This document shows, piece by piece, positions 1-13,786 of a DNA stretch of 64,000 bases (position 1 is the stretch's first letter; every line of letters begins with the position of its first letter). Source of the DNA: the human T2T-CHM13v2.0 reference genome, Homo sapiens. Below the pieces are notes generated by a model that ran no database searches, was not told the DNA's origin, and saw nothing but the letters and a program-made list of their open reading frames with translations. A program made the position numbers and the translations under genes. The stretch is taken from the NCBI RefSeq assembly GCF_009914755.1, contig NC_060925.1. One strand, given 5' to 3'.

Positions 1-159
1 GATGGTTTGTACCAGGAAAAGACGTAGTCAGCATACCTGTGTGATTCAGGGACTGCAATGAAAATTGAGCCATCAGGAACTGTTCTTTTTTGGCAGGCAT
101 CCCCAAAACATAGCAAACCATTCAGCAAAGAGGTACTACACAGAGGTGAGGTACAGGAG

Positions 160-335
160 CCCTGGAACCAGCTAGGTTCCTCCCCAGCTGCTCTGCTTGC
201 TAAGCACATGACTGTGTGCAAGTTGTTTAATCTCTTGCTGTCTCCATTTCTTCATCTATAAACTGGGGGTAACAGTTGTCTTTACTTCAGAGAATTGTGA
301 TGGGGGAAATTGAATAGTGCATGCACAGTGTTCAC
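160..335 (+). mobile_element. MIR SINE fragment
   Basis: Degenerate MIR core (gcaagttgtttaatctc...catttcttcatctataaactggggg). Boundaries approximate. Confidence 0.5.
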
Positions 336-805
336 AGTATCCTGTGAATGGGTCACGGTTTACGTGCACTATTTTACATTTAAAATGTAGTATCCTTACT
401 GCATACCCAGCATGCACTAAGGACCCAATGAATATTGGCTAATGTCACTATTTGCTTCTTTCTTTAATTGATTTCTAGCTCCCACTGTTTTCAAGGACCT
501 TAGCTTAAACCCGATTCTTTACATTGCACATCACCTCTTCTCCTCTCCTCTCCTCAGTTACAACAGGAAAATGAAATGTCCCCTCCCTCCTCAGCTGAAC
601 AATCATTTATATTCACCTGCTCTATCGAGGCCTAAGAGGAAACCAGCTATGGAGAGAATTCAAAAGTAGAAAGCCCGGTGAAAGTTCTCTCAGGAGTGCG
701 AAGGCCATTTTTTCACTGGTTTGCTCTGCAGAGGAAAATAAAATGGACCTGAAACAATTACTCTGAAAAATGATTTGGGGGTGGGCAAAAGAATCTCATT
801 CAATA

Positions 806-807
<2 letters not shown>

Positions 808-843
<36 letters not shown>
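808..843. repeat. (TG)n microsatellite
   Basis: Perfect TG run, about 18 units. Confidence 0.95.
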
Positions 844-844
<1 letters not shown>

Positions 845-1882
845 TTTTTTTTTTACCTATGGGAGACCAAGATGCCTTAAGTCTGTAGCTTCTCTTCAAT
901 GCAGGTAAATTGTGTGCCCCAAGCCCACTAGTGGCTAAACTAATAAATTGATCTAGTATTAGTTTAGTCAAAGAGTTGTCAAAATGAATGAAAGACTCCG
1001 GGCTGTTTCTTTCTACCTAACATGGCTCTATCTTGCTCAGTTTTATTTGGGGTTCTTAGTGTGGGGGCACACAGAGGAAGCAGATGGGGAACCTGTCAAA
1101 GCTTAACTCTCTGCCATTGAACTACTGAGGAATTAAAAAGTAACTATAACTAGTAGCCTCACCAAATGAAAGGCTGTGCTAAGATCACCGTGAACATTAT
1201 GAATGGCACTGAAGCTCCATATAGGTTAATGAGAAGGAGTAGTGAAAACAGTCAATGATAAGAAGTTCCATTCACTTTACCATCCTTCTCTGAAAAACTC
1301 CTCAGGGGTGGGACATGGTCTGAAAGGTAAGTATGAGGACACATGAGTCACTTAGTGATTTTCCTGAAGTAGACAGCACCACGAGTAGGTGGGCTTAGCT
1401 GAGAAGGGTTGAGGGGACAGACAGCCCACCATACCCATTTGCCCCATGAAGCACGTTGCAAATCTTCTCTGCAGTCTTCTGTGTCAATATTTATCTCCTA
1501 TAAACAACTGCTCAAATGTTCTGAATGGTGGGGGAGAATGTTTACAAGAAGGGGTTGTTCTGTGTGAAGGCACCTCCTTCCCCTGGTCCCAGCAGGCTGT
1601 GACGTGAGTTTGGGCTACTCCTGGTTACCAGTCATTCTCCTCTCTGTGCAAGACAAGGAACAAAGAAAGAGCAGGTGTGCAGTGGAGTTGGGGATGTTGA
1701 AGAGTGTTGAGCATAACCGCTGGACTTTTCTGTCATTCTGAGAGCTTTCCTGAGAAAAAGAATGTCCATGTATATCATAAGCTTGAAATAATAGACTGAC
1801 GGGGGAGAGATGTATGGCATGAGTAGCAGGGCATATGGTTGGGGACTCTATACGACTAGTGGGGTAGATTTCCAAGTAGTGC

Positions 1883-2165
1883 TCATTTCCTTCAGGTCTC
1901 TGCTCAAAGGTCACCTTATCTGTTTCACATGAAATAGCCTCCATCCACTTCTCCATTGACACTCCCCACCCACTTTACCTTGGGTATAGTACTCTGACAT
2001 TCTCATCACCACCTGACATAACCATGCATTCACTTGTCCATCTGCTTCCTCCAGCCAGGGCATAAGCCTCAAGAGAATCAAGACTGCTGTGTTCATTGCT
2101 TCATAATCAGCACCCAAGACAATGCCTGGAACATAGTGGTGTTCAGTAAATATTGCTGACGGAGG
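1883..2165 (+). mobile_element. L2 LINE 3' end fragment
   Basis: tccttcaggtctctgctcaaaggtcacct... and the terminal aatgcctggaacatagtggtgttcagtaaatattgctga resemble the L2 3' end. Confidence 0.6.
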
Positions 2166-2244
2166 AGTAAATCTGTTGTATCTGTTTAGTTTTTACACAA
2201 GACTCCTGGGAAGAGAAAAGCATGCCAAGCATCAACTTTAGAAT

Positions 2245-2350
2245 AGTTTAATCTTCTCATTTTACAGACAAGAAAACTGAGGCTGAAACAGGTCATGGCT
2301 TATGCCAAGTCTGGCTGATGCAGAGAATGAGGCTGAGGCTCCATGGTCCA
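2245..2350 (-). mobile_element. MIR fragment
   Basis: ctcattttacagacaagaaaactgaggct is the reverse MIR core. Confidence 0.55.
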
Positions 2351-2691
2351 CGAGCAGCCTGTCCTCAAGAGCATAGACAATTTTGCTGAGCACATCTGAC
2401 ATATGACAGGGTGATGGAGAGGAGCTGGAAGGACATTTCCTGGGCACGCCTGAGACATTCCCCAAATGAAAAGGAGAAAATTGAATCCAGAGACACTGAA
2501 CAAATGGGAAAAGAAGGAACGACCATGCCCCTGTCTGACAGGCTGCCCGCCTGGGGATGGCAACGGGAGAAAGCAGATGGCTGCGCTGGCACACAGCAGC
2601 TGGCTGGAGCAGTACAAATTGAGCACCCTTGGTGAATATCATTAGGGTAAGTGGTGCACTAAAACACCTAGAGGAAGAACAAGCAAGCAGA

Positions 2692-2740
2692 ACACACACA
2701 CACACACACACACAGACACACACACACACACACACACACA
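2692..2740. repeat. (CA)n microsatellite, one interruption
   Basis: Seen directly. Confidence 0.95.
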
Positions 2741-3204
2741 TGCATTTTTAAATTTTCAGTTTATTCTTTCAATTTCCCTTCACTACAAGGTAGGCTCCAT
2801 GAAGACAGGGCCTTTGTCTGTCTTAATAATTATTAGTTGGATACATGAAAAGATGAATGAATTAATTATTAAGCATCTCCCATAACAGACATAGTGCTAA
2901 GCATAGAGGATGGTTTCTGCATCAGGAGGAATCACAAGGGGAAATAAATAAGACCTTCAACTACCAAGTGGTGTGTTTAGTGTTATGAAGGAGCTGAAAG
3001 GGTCCCAGAAGAAGCTAGGCTTTGGGGGTCAGGAGGTCTCAAGAAACGCACCAGGTGGTGGTTGAAGATTAGCTCAGGTATTACAAGAAAAGCCTAAATG
3101 GATCAGAAGTAGAAGACGGAGAACTGAGAGAATAGCATGTGCTAAAGCCAGAAACAAGAGGGGGCTAGAGGAACTCCAAGCAGCACCATGTCATGTGGAA
3201 GGGA

Positions 3205-3375
3205 CATAGCCTTTTGAATTAGACAGACCCAAGTTCAAATTCTAACGCTGCTCCTTACTACCTGAGTATTTTTGAACAATTTACTCTGCTAGACTGATCT
3301 TTGGTTTTAAAAATCGGTAACATAGGAAAAATATTGCCAGCATTTCAGGTTCTTCCAAGGATTACATGAGATCGT
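3205..3375 (+). mobile_element. MIR fragment
   Basis: agacagacccaagttcaaattct...aggattacatgagat. Confidence 0.5.
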
Positions 3376-4042
3376 GTTTTCTATAGAGGATGACATGGTT
3401 GAGATCAGGAATTGCTGGCTGCTACTCTAGTGTGGAATCGGGGAAAGGTGGCCTGAACCAGCAGGCAGGGGTCAATTCATCTGTGGCTTGAGGGTCCCAG
3501 GAGAATTTTGTACTTTGACCAGGAGGCATGAGGAGTAGTTGCAGGGTTTTAAATAAAGGGATTATGAGAGTGCAGGCAATGAGAGTTTTTAGTAGTCACT
3601 CACAATAATCCTGGAAGGAAATAAAGGTCTCTCCAAGGAAGATGCAATGGGAATGAAGAGGAGAGGATGCACATAGGATACACAGGAGGAAGAACTGATA
3701 GGACTTTATTACTTATGGGTCCTATGAAAGGAAGAGACATCTAGAACTATTTCTACTCATACTTCTTAGTAAGCTCTTCAGATGAGAGTCAGAACCAAAC
3801 TCTTTTTTAACAGCGGGCAATAAAATAAGTACAGGATCCAGAGTAAAGGTTTACAATGTTTTATAGAAAGATATTTTAATTTGAATTTTATGAAAGTATC
3901 AATCTGCAATAGATTCCTCATTTTAGTTGAAGAACCATTGGTTTACAACAGTGCTGTCCAATGCAAGCCACGTATGTAATAGGTGACATTTATGTTAATA
4001 TTATTTTTTATTTAACCTTATATATCCAAAGTATTTTCATTT

Positions 4043-4589
4043 TGTGATAGTTAATATTGAGTGTCAACTTGATTGGATTGAAGGATGCAAAGTATTGTTC
4101 CTGGGTGTGTCTGTGAGGGTGTTGCCAAAGGAGATGAACATTTGAGTCAGTGGGCTGGGAGAGGCAGATCCACCTTCAACTGGGTAGGCACAATATAATC
4201 AGCTGCCAGTGCAGTAGGATAAAAGCAGGCAGAAGAACGTGGAAAGACCAGACTGACTGAATCTTCCAGCCTTCATCTATCTCACATGCTGGATGCTTCC
4301 TGCCCTTGAACATCAGACTCCAAGTTCTTCAGTTTTTGGACTCTTGGACTTACACAAGTGGTTTGCCAGAGGCTCTCAGGCCTTCGGCTGCAGACTGAAG
4401 CCTGCACTGTTGGCTTCCCTACTTTCGAGGTTTTGGGACTCAGACTGGCTTCCTTGCTCCTCAGCTTGCAGAAGCCTATTGTGGGATTTCACCTTGTGAC
4501 CATGTGAGTCAATAACCCTTAATAAACTCCATTTCATATGTACATGTATCCTATCAGTTCTGTTCCTCTAGAGAACCCTGGCTAATACA
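4043..4589 (+). mobile_element. MLT2A-type (ERV-L) solo LTR
   Basis: TG...CA termini (tgtgatagttaatattgagtgtcaacttgattggattg ... gagaaccctggctaataca). Perfect 5-bp TSD CATTT at 4038-4042 and 4590-4594. Confidence 0.9.
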
Positions 4590-4625
4590 CATTTCAACAT
4601 GCAATCAATATAAAAATATTAATGA

Positions 4626-4909
4626 GGCCAGGTGCAGTGACTCACGCCTGTAATCCTAACACTTTGGGAGGCCAAGACAGCCAGATCATGAGATCAGGAG
4701 TTCGAGACCAGCCTAGCCAACAGAGTGAAACCCAGTCTCTACTAAAAATACAAAAAATTAGCTGAGCATGGTGGTGGGTACCTGCAATCCCAGCAAATCA
4801 GGAGGCTGAAGCAGGAGAATCACTTGAACCCAAGAGGCAGAGGTTGCAGTGAGTCGGCTTGCACCACTGCATTCCAGCCAGGATGACAGTGCGAGACTCC
4901 ACCTAAAAA

Positions 4910-4926
<17 letters not shown>
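4626..4926 (+). mobile_element. Alu (AluS-type) followed by (AT)n
   Basis: Dimeric Alu with A-rich linker and poly(A), then (AT)n to ~4955. Confidence 0.95.
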
Positions 4927-4959
<33 letters not shown>

Positions 4960-6358
4960 AGATATATTGCATTTTTGTAATAAAAATCCAGGGTATATTT
5001 TACAATTATAACATAGCTAAATTTGTAGTAGCCACATTTTAAGATCTCAGTAGCCACATGTGCCTAATGGCTATAGTGCTTAGTGACACAGCTATAGTGC
5101 TGAGGTGGATGGTCACAGGTGATTGAGTGGATGGTCATACTTTAACCACCTCTTAGAAGAAGCACAGCGTTAGAGGGAAATGCTTGTTCCCCACTCTCCT
5201 AATTTTGCTTCAGAGAGATTTATTCTAAACATACCAAGCCTCTTGCTTTACCCCTTACTCCTCGCCTAGAAAAGTAGAGTGAATTTCCTATGGATAGTTT
5301 TGGGAAAATAAGCCAGGCATGTCCATCTAAGCAACTCCATCCTTCTCCTTTAAAAAGCCAGCCTGACGTGGTAAACAAGGGACCTGTGCTTCTCCTCTTG
5401 GGTACCCCCTCCATGTGGGAAGGCCTGCCGTGGCCTGGCACTGCCTTGATCCACAAGGTAAATTCTCCTAGTTCTGAGGTTGTGCCTGCAAGCTCCTTTG
5501 ACACAAAAGTCATATTATCCAAATTATTCTTTATCATTCATGAAGACAATTCTCAGCCTCCAGCTCTGTCTGCATTAGCAGAGGCTGCTCCTAGGGACAG
5601 GTGTAGAAGAACAGGGTCTCTGCAAAGGCATGGGCATCTCAGGAGAGGATTTTTGAGGTGCTGGTGGCTATAGCTTGACATTAAATTAGCAAATGGCCTA
5701 AGTACACATGTGTGACCCATGCAGAGACTGAGCAGATGCTGGCAGGCCACAGAGTCCTTAGTAAGCACAGCTGTGGTAAGGATTCTATTATAGAAAAAAT
5801 AAAATTTTCTTTCTGCCATTGTTTTAGACTTCAGGGAAGGTACAATATTTGCTGTTTTTAAACTTCAAAAGAGTTGAGATCCACGTGTATCTCAGAAAAC
5901 TAGGGAAGTAAATTGTTAATGTCAAAATTGTCAACAGTGTATTAGCTGCCCCAAACTCCATTGTATATCCTTAAGAAGAGAATGATGGCATAACTAATCT
6001 TGGGGTTTAGTTGTTTTGCTCTCAAACTCAAGAATGAGCCACCACCAAATGTTCTCAAGCTAGTTCATGATTACTTAAGAACATACGGTGGAGACAGCTT
6101 CTTAACCTTCAGCAGCTCCACAGTCATATTGGTGTAGGATTGTATAACACCTGTAAAAAAGAGAATGTGGTTTCTCTGCAACTAAATATATTCCATGCTC
6201 AACTTGTTCGGTTCAGAACTGAAGAAGTAGGTCTGTATAATTCTGGGGCTCATCTGTCACTCACACAAAATAGTGCCCTCCAATTTAGCATTTCTAAGCA
6301 ATTATGGTGATATTTTGGCTTCCAACTAATTATTTTTCATTTCACATTTTCTACATAA

Positions 6359-7620
<1,262 letters not shown>

Positions 7621-7666
7621 AAGATACAAAGTGATCTGTCACTGATAAACAATGCATGAGTAAATA

Positions 7667-8213
7667 CAATAAATCCTCAACTAATGTCATAGATAGGCTC
7701 CTAGAAACTGCTACTTTAAATAGAACAACATAAAATAAAACCAATTTTACCATAGGAGAATTAATATAAACAAGAGTTCAGTTCTTAAGGCATATTTCTT
7801 GTCACAAAAACATCACCAAACTTCTAAATAAAGGCCAAAACACTTCTAATATTAAACATTGAAATAAATGTGAGCTATACATACATTAAAGAGAGATTAA
7901 TGAAAACAAGATAATCATTTACGCACTTATTTCAGCTCAGGGTTGCAGGTGGTTGGAGCCTATCCCAGCACTCAGGATGCAAGGCAAAAACCCACCATGG
8001 CCAGGCCACCATTCCATCACAGAACACAGGCACACACGCAACCACGCTCACTCACACTGGGACCATTGAGATACCCCAAGGAACTTAGCAGGCGCAGCGC
8101 TGAGATGTGGGAGGAAATCAGAGTACCCAATGAAACTCACAAAGCCACAGGAAAATGTGCAAACTCCACACAAACAGTGGCCCTGGCTAGGAACCAATTT
8201 TGTTTTCTCACCA
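7667..8213 (-). mobile_element. MER6A-like TcMar-Tigger DNA transposon relic
   Basis: TA then caataaatcctcaactaatgtcatagatagg...; aaacatcaccaaacttctaaataaag; gatgtgggaggaaatcagagtaccc...gtgcaaactccacacaaacagtggcc. Confidence 0.8.
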
Positions 8214-8374
8214 ACCAAATTGTCATTGATAAGACGCAGGAGAATACTCCTTGATCATAAGGATCTCCCAGGCTAGCATAACAACTGAATGAGTGACTCA
8301 AATGCTGATCATCATGTATGGAATGAGACATGGTTCTAAGCACATACAGGGAATATCCCGTGTAATCTTCCCAG

Positions 8375-8540
8375 CACACCATGCAGGAAGGACAATTATT
8401 GTTCCCCTTTGACAGGTGAAGCCACTGAGGGATAGAAAGGTAAAGCACCTGGCCCAGGACAAGCTGGTAAATGACAGAGCCAGAAATAACAACAAGACAG
8501 GCCACAAGTCCAGAGCCTGAGCTCTTACCCACAGAGCTTA
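8375..8540 (-). mobile_element. MIR fragment
   Basis: attattgttcccctttgacaggtgaagccactgagg...cagagcctgagctcttaccc. Confidence 0.5.
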
Positions 8541-8652
8541 ACCTCATTTGCTTTTGTTTATCCCCATGCCATATTTTCACTGAAATGTCTCTTTTCTGAT
8601 GAGGTGTCAACATCATTTATGTCCCCCAGAGTCAAGCCTTTGGTGCATCTGA

Positions 8653-9052
<400 letters not shown>

Positions 9053-9055
9053 TAA

Positions 9056-9167
9056 GCTTGTAATCCCAATGCTTTGGGAGGCCAAGGTGGATCACTTGAT
9101 GCCAGGAGTTTAAGATCAGCCTAGGCAACATAGCAAGACCCTGTCTCTATAAAAAAAAAAAAAAAAA
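9056..9167 (+). mobile_element. Alu left-monomer/FLAM-like fragment
   Basis: tgtaatcccaatgctttgggaggccaagg...accctgtctctat then poly(A). Confidence 0.75.
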
Positions 9168-9539
9168 TTTTAAATAAAATGAGAGGAGATGATAAACACT
9201 TGACCTTCTGTGGATTATTGTTGACCTGAGGGCTGGGTCACGGCAAGCTCATCTTTGCTTTCCACAACCTTGACAATCATGGAAGACTCTTGTAATTTTT
9301 TTCAAACAGGAAGTCTCTCAACACCTTCAGAACATTATCTGTGACTCTCACTTTACCTGACTCCAAAAGAAAATGGGTAGGTTAGAAAGAGAGACACACT
9401 TTAAAGCAAACCATGGAAAACATATGGAACTAGGACTGAGTGGAAAATTTTAAAGGTGTTTTATTCTCCAGAGATCATCAAATATAAGAAGAAAATAAAA
9501 ATAAAGTAATGAACACACAAAAGGTTTGCAAACAATTAA

Positions 9540-10190
9540 GAAACATGCCAAATTCTTAGATGAGCAAGTCTAAAAATAATAATATATAATAACACATTCC
9601 ATTAAGGCAATCCCAATAAATCTCACTAACACTTTGTTTTAAATTGATAAAATAATTCTAAAGTTAATCTCAGGAAAAATATATAAAAAGACAATAATGG
9701 TGGAGATTAGAAGAAGAGACACTTATTCTATCACGTAAGAAGCTGGGCTATAATGAAGCTACAATAACTGAAATCTGGTTCTGGGGCAGAACAAGACTGG
9801 CAGATCCATGAGACAGACACAGATAGAAGAATTTAGCATATGGTTAAGTTGTGATTTTAAATCAGTAGGAAAATGTTAAATTATACAATAAATCATGTTG
9901 GGTCAACTGGCTAGCAGTTTGAATAAAATGTAATTTAGATTCTTACCATGTATCTTATTCTAAAATAAATTCAGATGGATTAAATATTTAAATATAAATC
10001 AAGCACAGGAAAACACTAGAAGAAAATTTAAGTGGATATTTTTATAATTCTGAAATGGAAATATTTTCTCATCATGCCACCAAAACAAGAAACCATGAAG
10101 GCTAAATTTGAATACATAAGAATTCAAAACGTTTATGTGGCAAACTCACTATAACCCAAATTAAAAGAAAAATAAATTAATAAAACATAT
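9540..10190 (+). mobile_element. Ancient L1M ORF2 3' fragment
   Basis: gcaatcccaataaa...aaattgataaaataattctaaagtt...aaataaattcagatggattaaatatttaaat resemble degraded L1 ORF2. Confidence 0.55.
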
Positions 10191-10261
10191 AACATGGCCT
10201 CTTTTGACAGAGTGCTGAGAAAAATGAGATGTCCGTGCTTCTGAGGAATAAAGTGTGGTTT

Positions 10262-10720
10262 CAATAATTCATGCAAGAAACATTTATTGAGCTGCTCTGA
10301 GTCAGGAACTCTTCTACGTGGCAAGGATACAGCTAAGCAGGGAGATGAGGTCCCTGATGTCACTGAGCTTAAAAACCATTTTTAATGTCATGGAGGAGTA
10401 CTATGATGAAAATAAAGAGAGTGTTAGGGGCTCGTGAGGAGCTGGAGGTCAAAGAAGTTCGTTTTGAAGAGGCGACTGTTAACCTAAGGCCAGAAGGATA
10501 AGAAAGAGCAGCCTGGCAGAGATCTGGGGTGAGTGCTTTCCAAGTGGGGGAAATAGCCAGTGTAAGGTCATGAGGTAGGAAGAACCTGGCCTGTTGGAGA
10601 GATGAGAAAAAGCCAGGCAGCCAGAGAATGCAAGGCAGAAGGGAGTGTCATACAGGAAGAGACCGAGGAATTGGTGCAGGCTGTGGATCATGCACACCTT
10701 CCTAAGCCAGCGTTACCTTT
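10262..10720 (-). mobile_element. L2 fragment
   Basis: aacatttattgagctgct...gtccctgatgtcactgagctt...gaatagccagtgtaaggtcatgagg. Confidence 0.55.
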
Positions 10721-11857
10721 TACTCTGAATATGAGAGTAGCCACTGCACCCTTTAAGCAGGTGACTGGCTTCTGGCTCCCTGAAGGAAGAAGCTGCTACT
10801 TCTACTTGCTTAGCAATTTCCAACCTTAGCCTACCTTAGCCATTTGCACATGGTGAGGCTCTAGGCATGTACCCCTCAAATCTAAATTACAGCACAAGGT
10901 AAATCCATTCAAAACCTCAGAATGGGAATGCAAGTATTCAGAGGTATTAATGTAGTATATAAAGAATCTCAGGGCTTGTCTACCAAATCCAATATACACT
11001 CACCATTCTCAGTCCAGTTAGCTCTTTGCTACCACTTCTTTTTTATTCATGTTTTTTCCAGTCTAGCCAAGTTGAAGGTCAATTTTACTTATGTTTTGTT
11101 TTAATTTTAACATCTGAGCCATTTTTGAATGTTCCATGTTTTATAAACAGATATATGGGCTTTCTTTTTTTAAAAAAATTTAAGTTGTCACATGAAAATC
11201 AACCAGAAGCTGAGATTGTTTGATTTCCAGGATTCACAAAGAAAATCATGTGCTTTTTGGAAGGGACTTACATGTGAATAGAGAAGGGACTGACATACAT
11301 GGATATGAGTATATGTGTTTGTGTGTGTGCACACATGGGTATGGTGGGGGTGGGCAGAGAACCACAACACATACCATGGGCAACAGACACCTACATGTGG
11401 CCCAAACCAAACACAACTCCCCACAAATTCTCTGTGACTTCATTCTTTCTTCTCTCATTCAAAAAAGCAGTTATGTGAATTAAGGGAAATTTAAAAGGGC
11501 AGTTAGGTATGTTGAAAATGCAACAGAAGAAATAAACCCACTCTACCATTTGTAAAACACCTAATCATATATCTCATGATAGAATCCAGCTCAAAATTCA
11601 AAAGGCACAAGAAATTGTTATTCTCAGCAGGCATAGGCCCAAAGAACAGGAAAACCTAAAATATACTGTATGATGATAAAACAAAAAAACTACTGTGAAT
11701 TATAAAGTAGTTAATAGAAACAACATAATCAGTAAGTCAATGAATAATAATAATCTTTATCTCTCATTTCCTCTCAAAGACCTAATTCAACAAATTAATC
11801 ACTCAATGAATTGAGTTGGGGCGAATAGATCTGCCCCACTCAAGAGTGCTTGTTATT

Positions 11858-12153
<296 letters not shown>

Positions 12154-13786
12154 AAGAGTGCTTGTTGCTACTATTTCAAATCTCATTGACTGTCCTTTCT
12201 CTAGCACTGAGAGCTGATGGTTAGGTAAGCTGGTATAAGATCCAGTCCCAGCACCCAAAGGAGCACAGAGCACATCTCTTCCTGTTTCTAAAGCCCAGGA
12301 AGGAAGCTTTGTCAACACAGTGTGGACCCTGAGCAGCTCCCCCTCCTTCAGAGCCCAGGCCATTTGTTTTGCTTAAAACATGAAAGAAAAAAAAGAAAAA
12401 AAATGCCATTTAACCCAATCATGTTTTTATTTTTATGAGATGATGGTATCATGACAAAGCTATTTTATAGCTTCTTTGTTAAAGAAGTTTGGAATATATA
12501 AAGAAAATGGAGTTTTAGAAAAAATAACAATGACCATATTTTAGTTTTAATGTCTTCATTTTTGTTGAATGAAACAATGGTTCTTGAGCTTATTTTTTAC
12601 ATTATATATAAAACTGTTTCAAAGGAGCCCTCTCTCTTCCACTCCACTCCATTCATTTAGCCAACATTTACTGAGTATTCACCGTGTATCAGCTAAACTT
12701 GGCCCAGTCAATGGTACAGAGTTCTTGTTTCCTTGGGGCCCATCAGCATTTAGACAATAAGTACAACAGCATGCATTATTACTGCCAAGATGGATGCTCT
12801 CCATGATACAGGCAGAGTACAGATGAAGATTAGTAAATCCGACCCTCACTCTCCAGGGATCTTTATCTCTCTTTTCCTCTCAAAGTTCAAGGGGAAACGA
12901 ATTTGCAGTTAAACTTGACTACCGTGATTATATCTCTGCTCTTTCCAGTAAAGTGAGCCAAAAATGCAGGAATGGTGCAAATGACTAGAATGAAGAAAGG
13001 ACTCTGAACCCATGGGGGCTGAAACATAATCGAATACATTTATAAGAATCAAAGTAAAATCATTTAATCTGTTAAATAACCCATCATGCCTGAAGCAAGT
13101 AAGTGGAAGGTGAAGGAAGAGACACTTTGTTACGAGGCATGAATGTTTAACTAAATCCACAAACACACACACAGGACATAGACACACACACCCAATCATG
13201 CACATCGTCACATCACACACACTCACACACCAATTCATATATACACACCAATACACACAGCCTCACACACTCCCTACCTGACAAAAGAAATATCGAAGAC
13301 ATCTAAATGTGGGGAAAGAGTTTCAGTGCTGGAACTGCAAATCCTGAAAGCCTTTTTCTTTCCACTACAAATCTTCTCAACCATCCTAAAGATTCATAGA
13401 AGCAAAAATGGAAAAGATCCCCAAGGAGCCTGCAGCAGCAGCAGGTTTGCATTCACTTGCTCCAGGATGATCACTTTCTTTGCCTGCACAACTAAACCTT
13501 GTTCTGACAGAGATATTAATGTCATCTTTGATTTCTATAACACATGTGTTTGGAAAAATCAGGGATTTCATACTGGTTGGTTTTTTAATACAATGTAGCA
13601 TGATTGTTTGACTTTTATAGGTACAGATGCTATGACAGTGAACACTAAAATGGTCCCTGCCAAGTGCCATATGCAGATGATAGAGAAGAGCAGTGGCCTC
13701 TGGTCTCCCAGGTGCTGGGGCTCCTTTTGCCAAATGGTACTATGAATATAGCCAAGGGCCACTCAATAAAAAAAGAGAATGCAATA

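Larger units (their letters stand above)
3949..5091. mobile_element. MER33-like hAT-Charlie DNA transposon relic, split by an MLT2A LTR and an Alu
   Basis: Begins cagtgctgtccaat...gcaagccacgtatgtaat, resumes at 4590 (catttcaacatgcaatcaatataaaaa) and at ~4960, ends tagccacatgtgcctaatggcta...gacacag. Confidence 0.75.

Noticed and set aside
5220-5819. Overlapping 88-127 aa ORFs in apparently unique DNA
   Set aside because: No recognisable domain or convincing exon structure. Lengths are compatible with chance.
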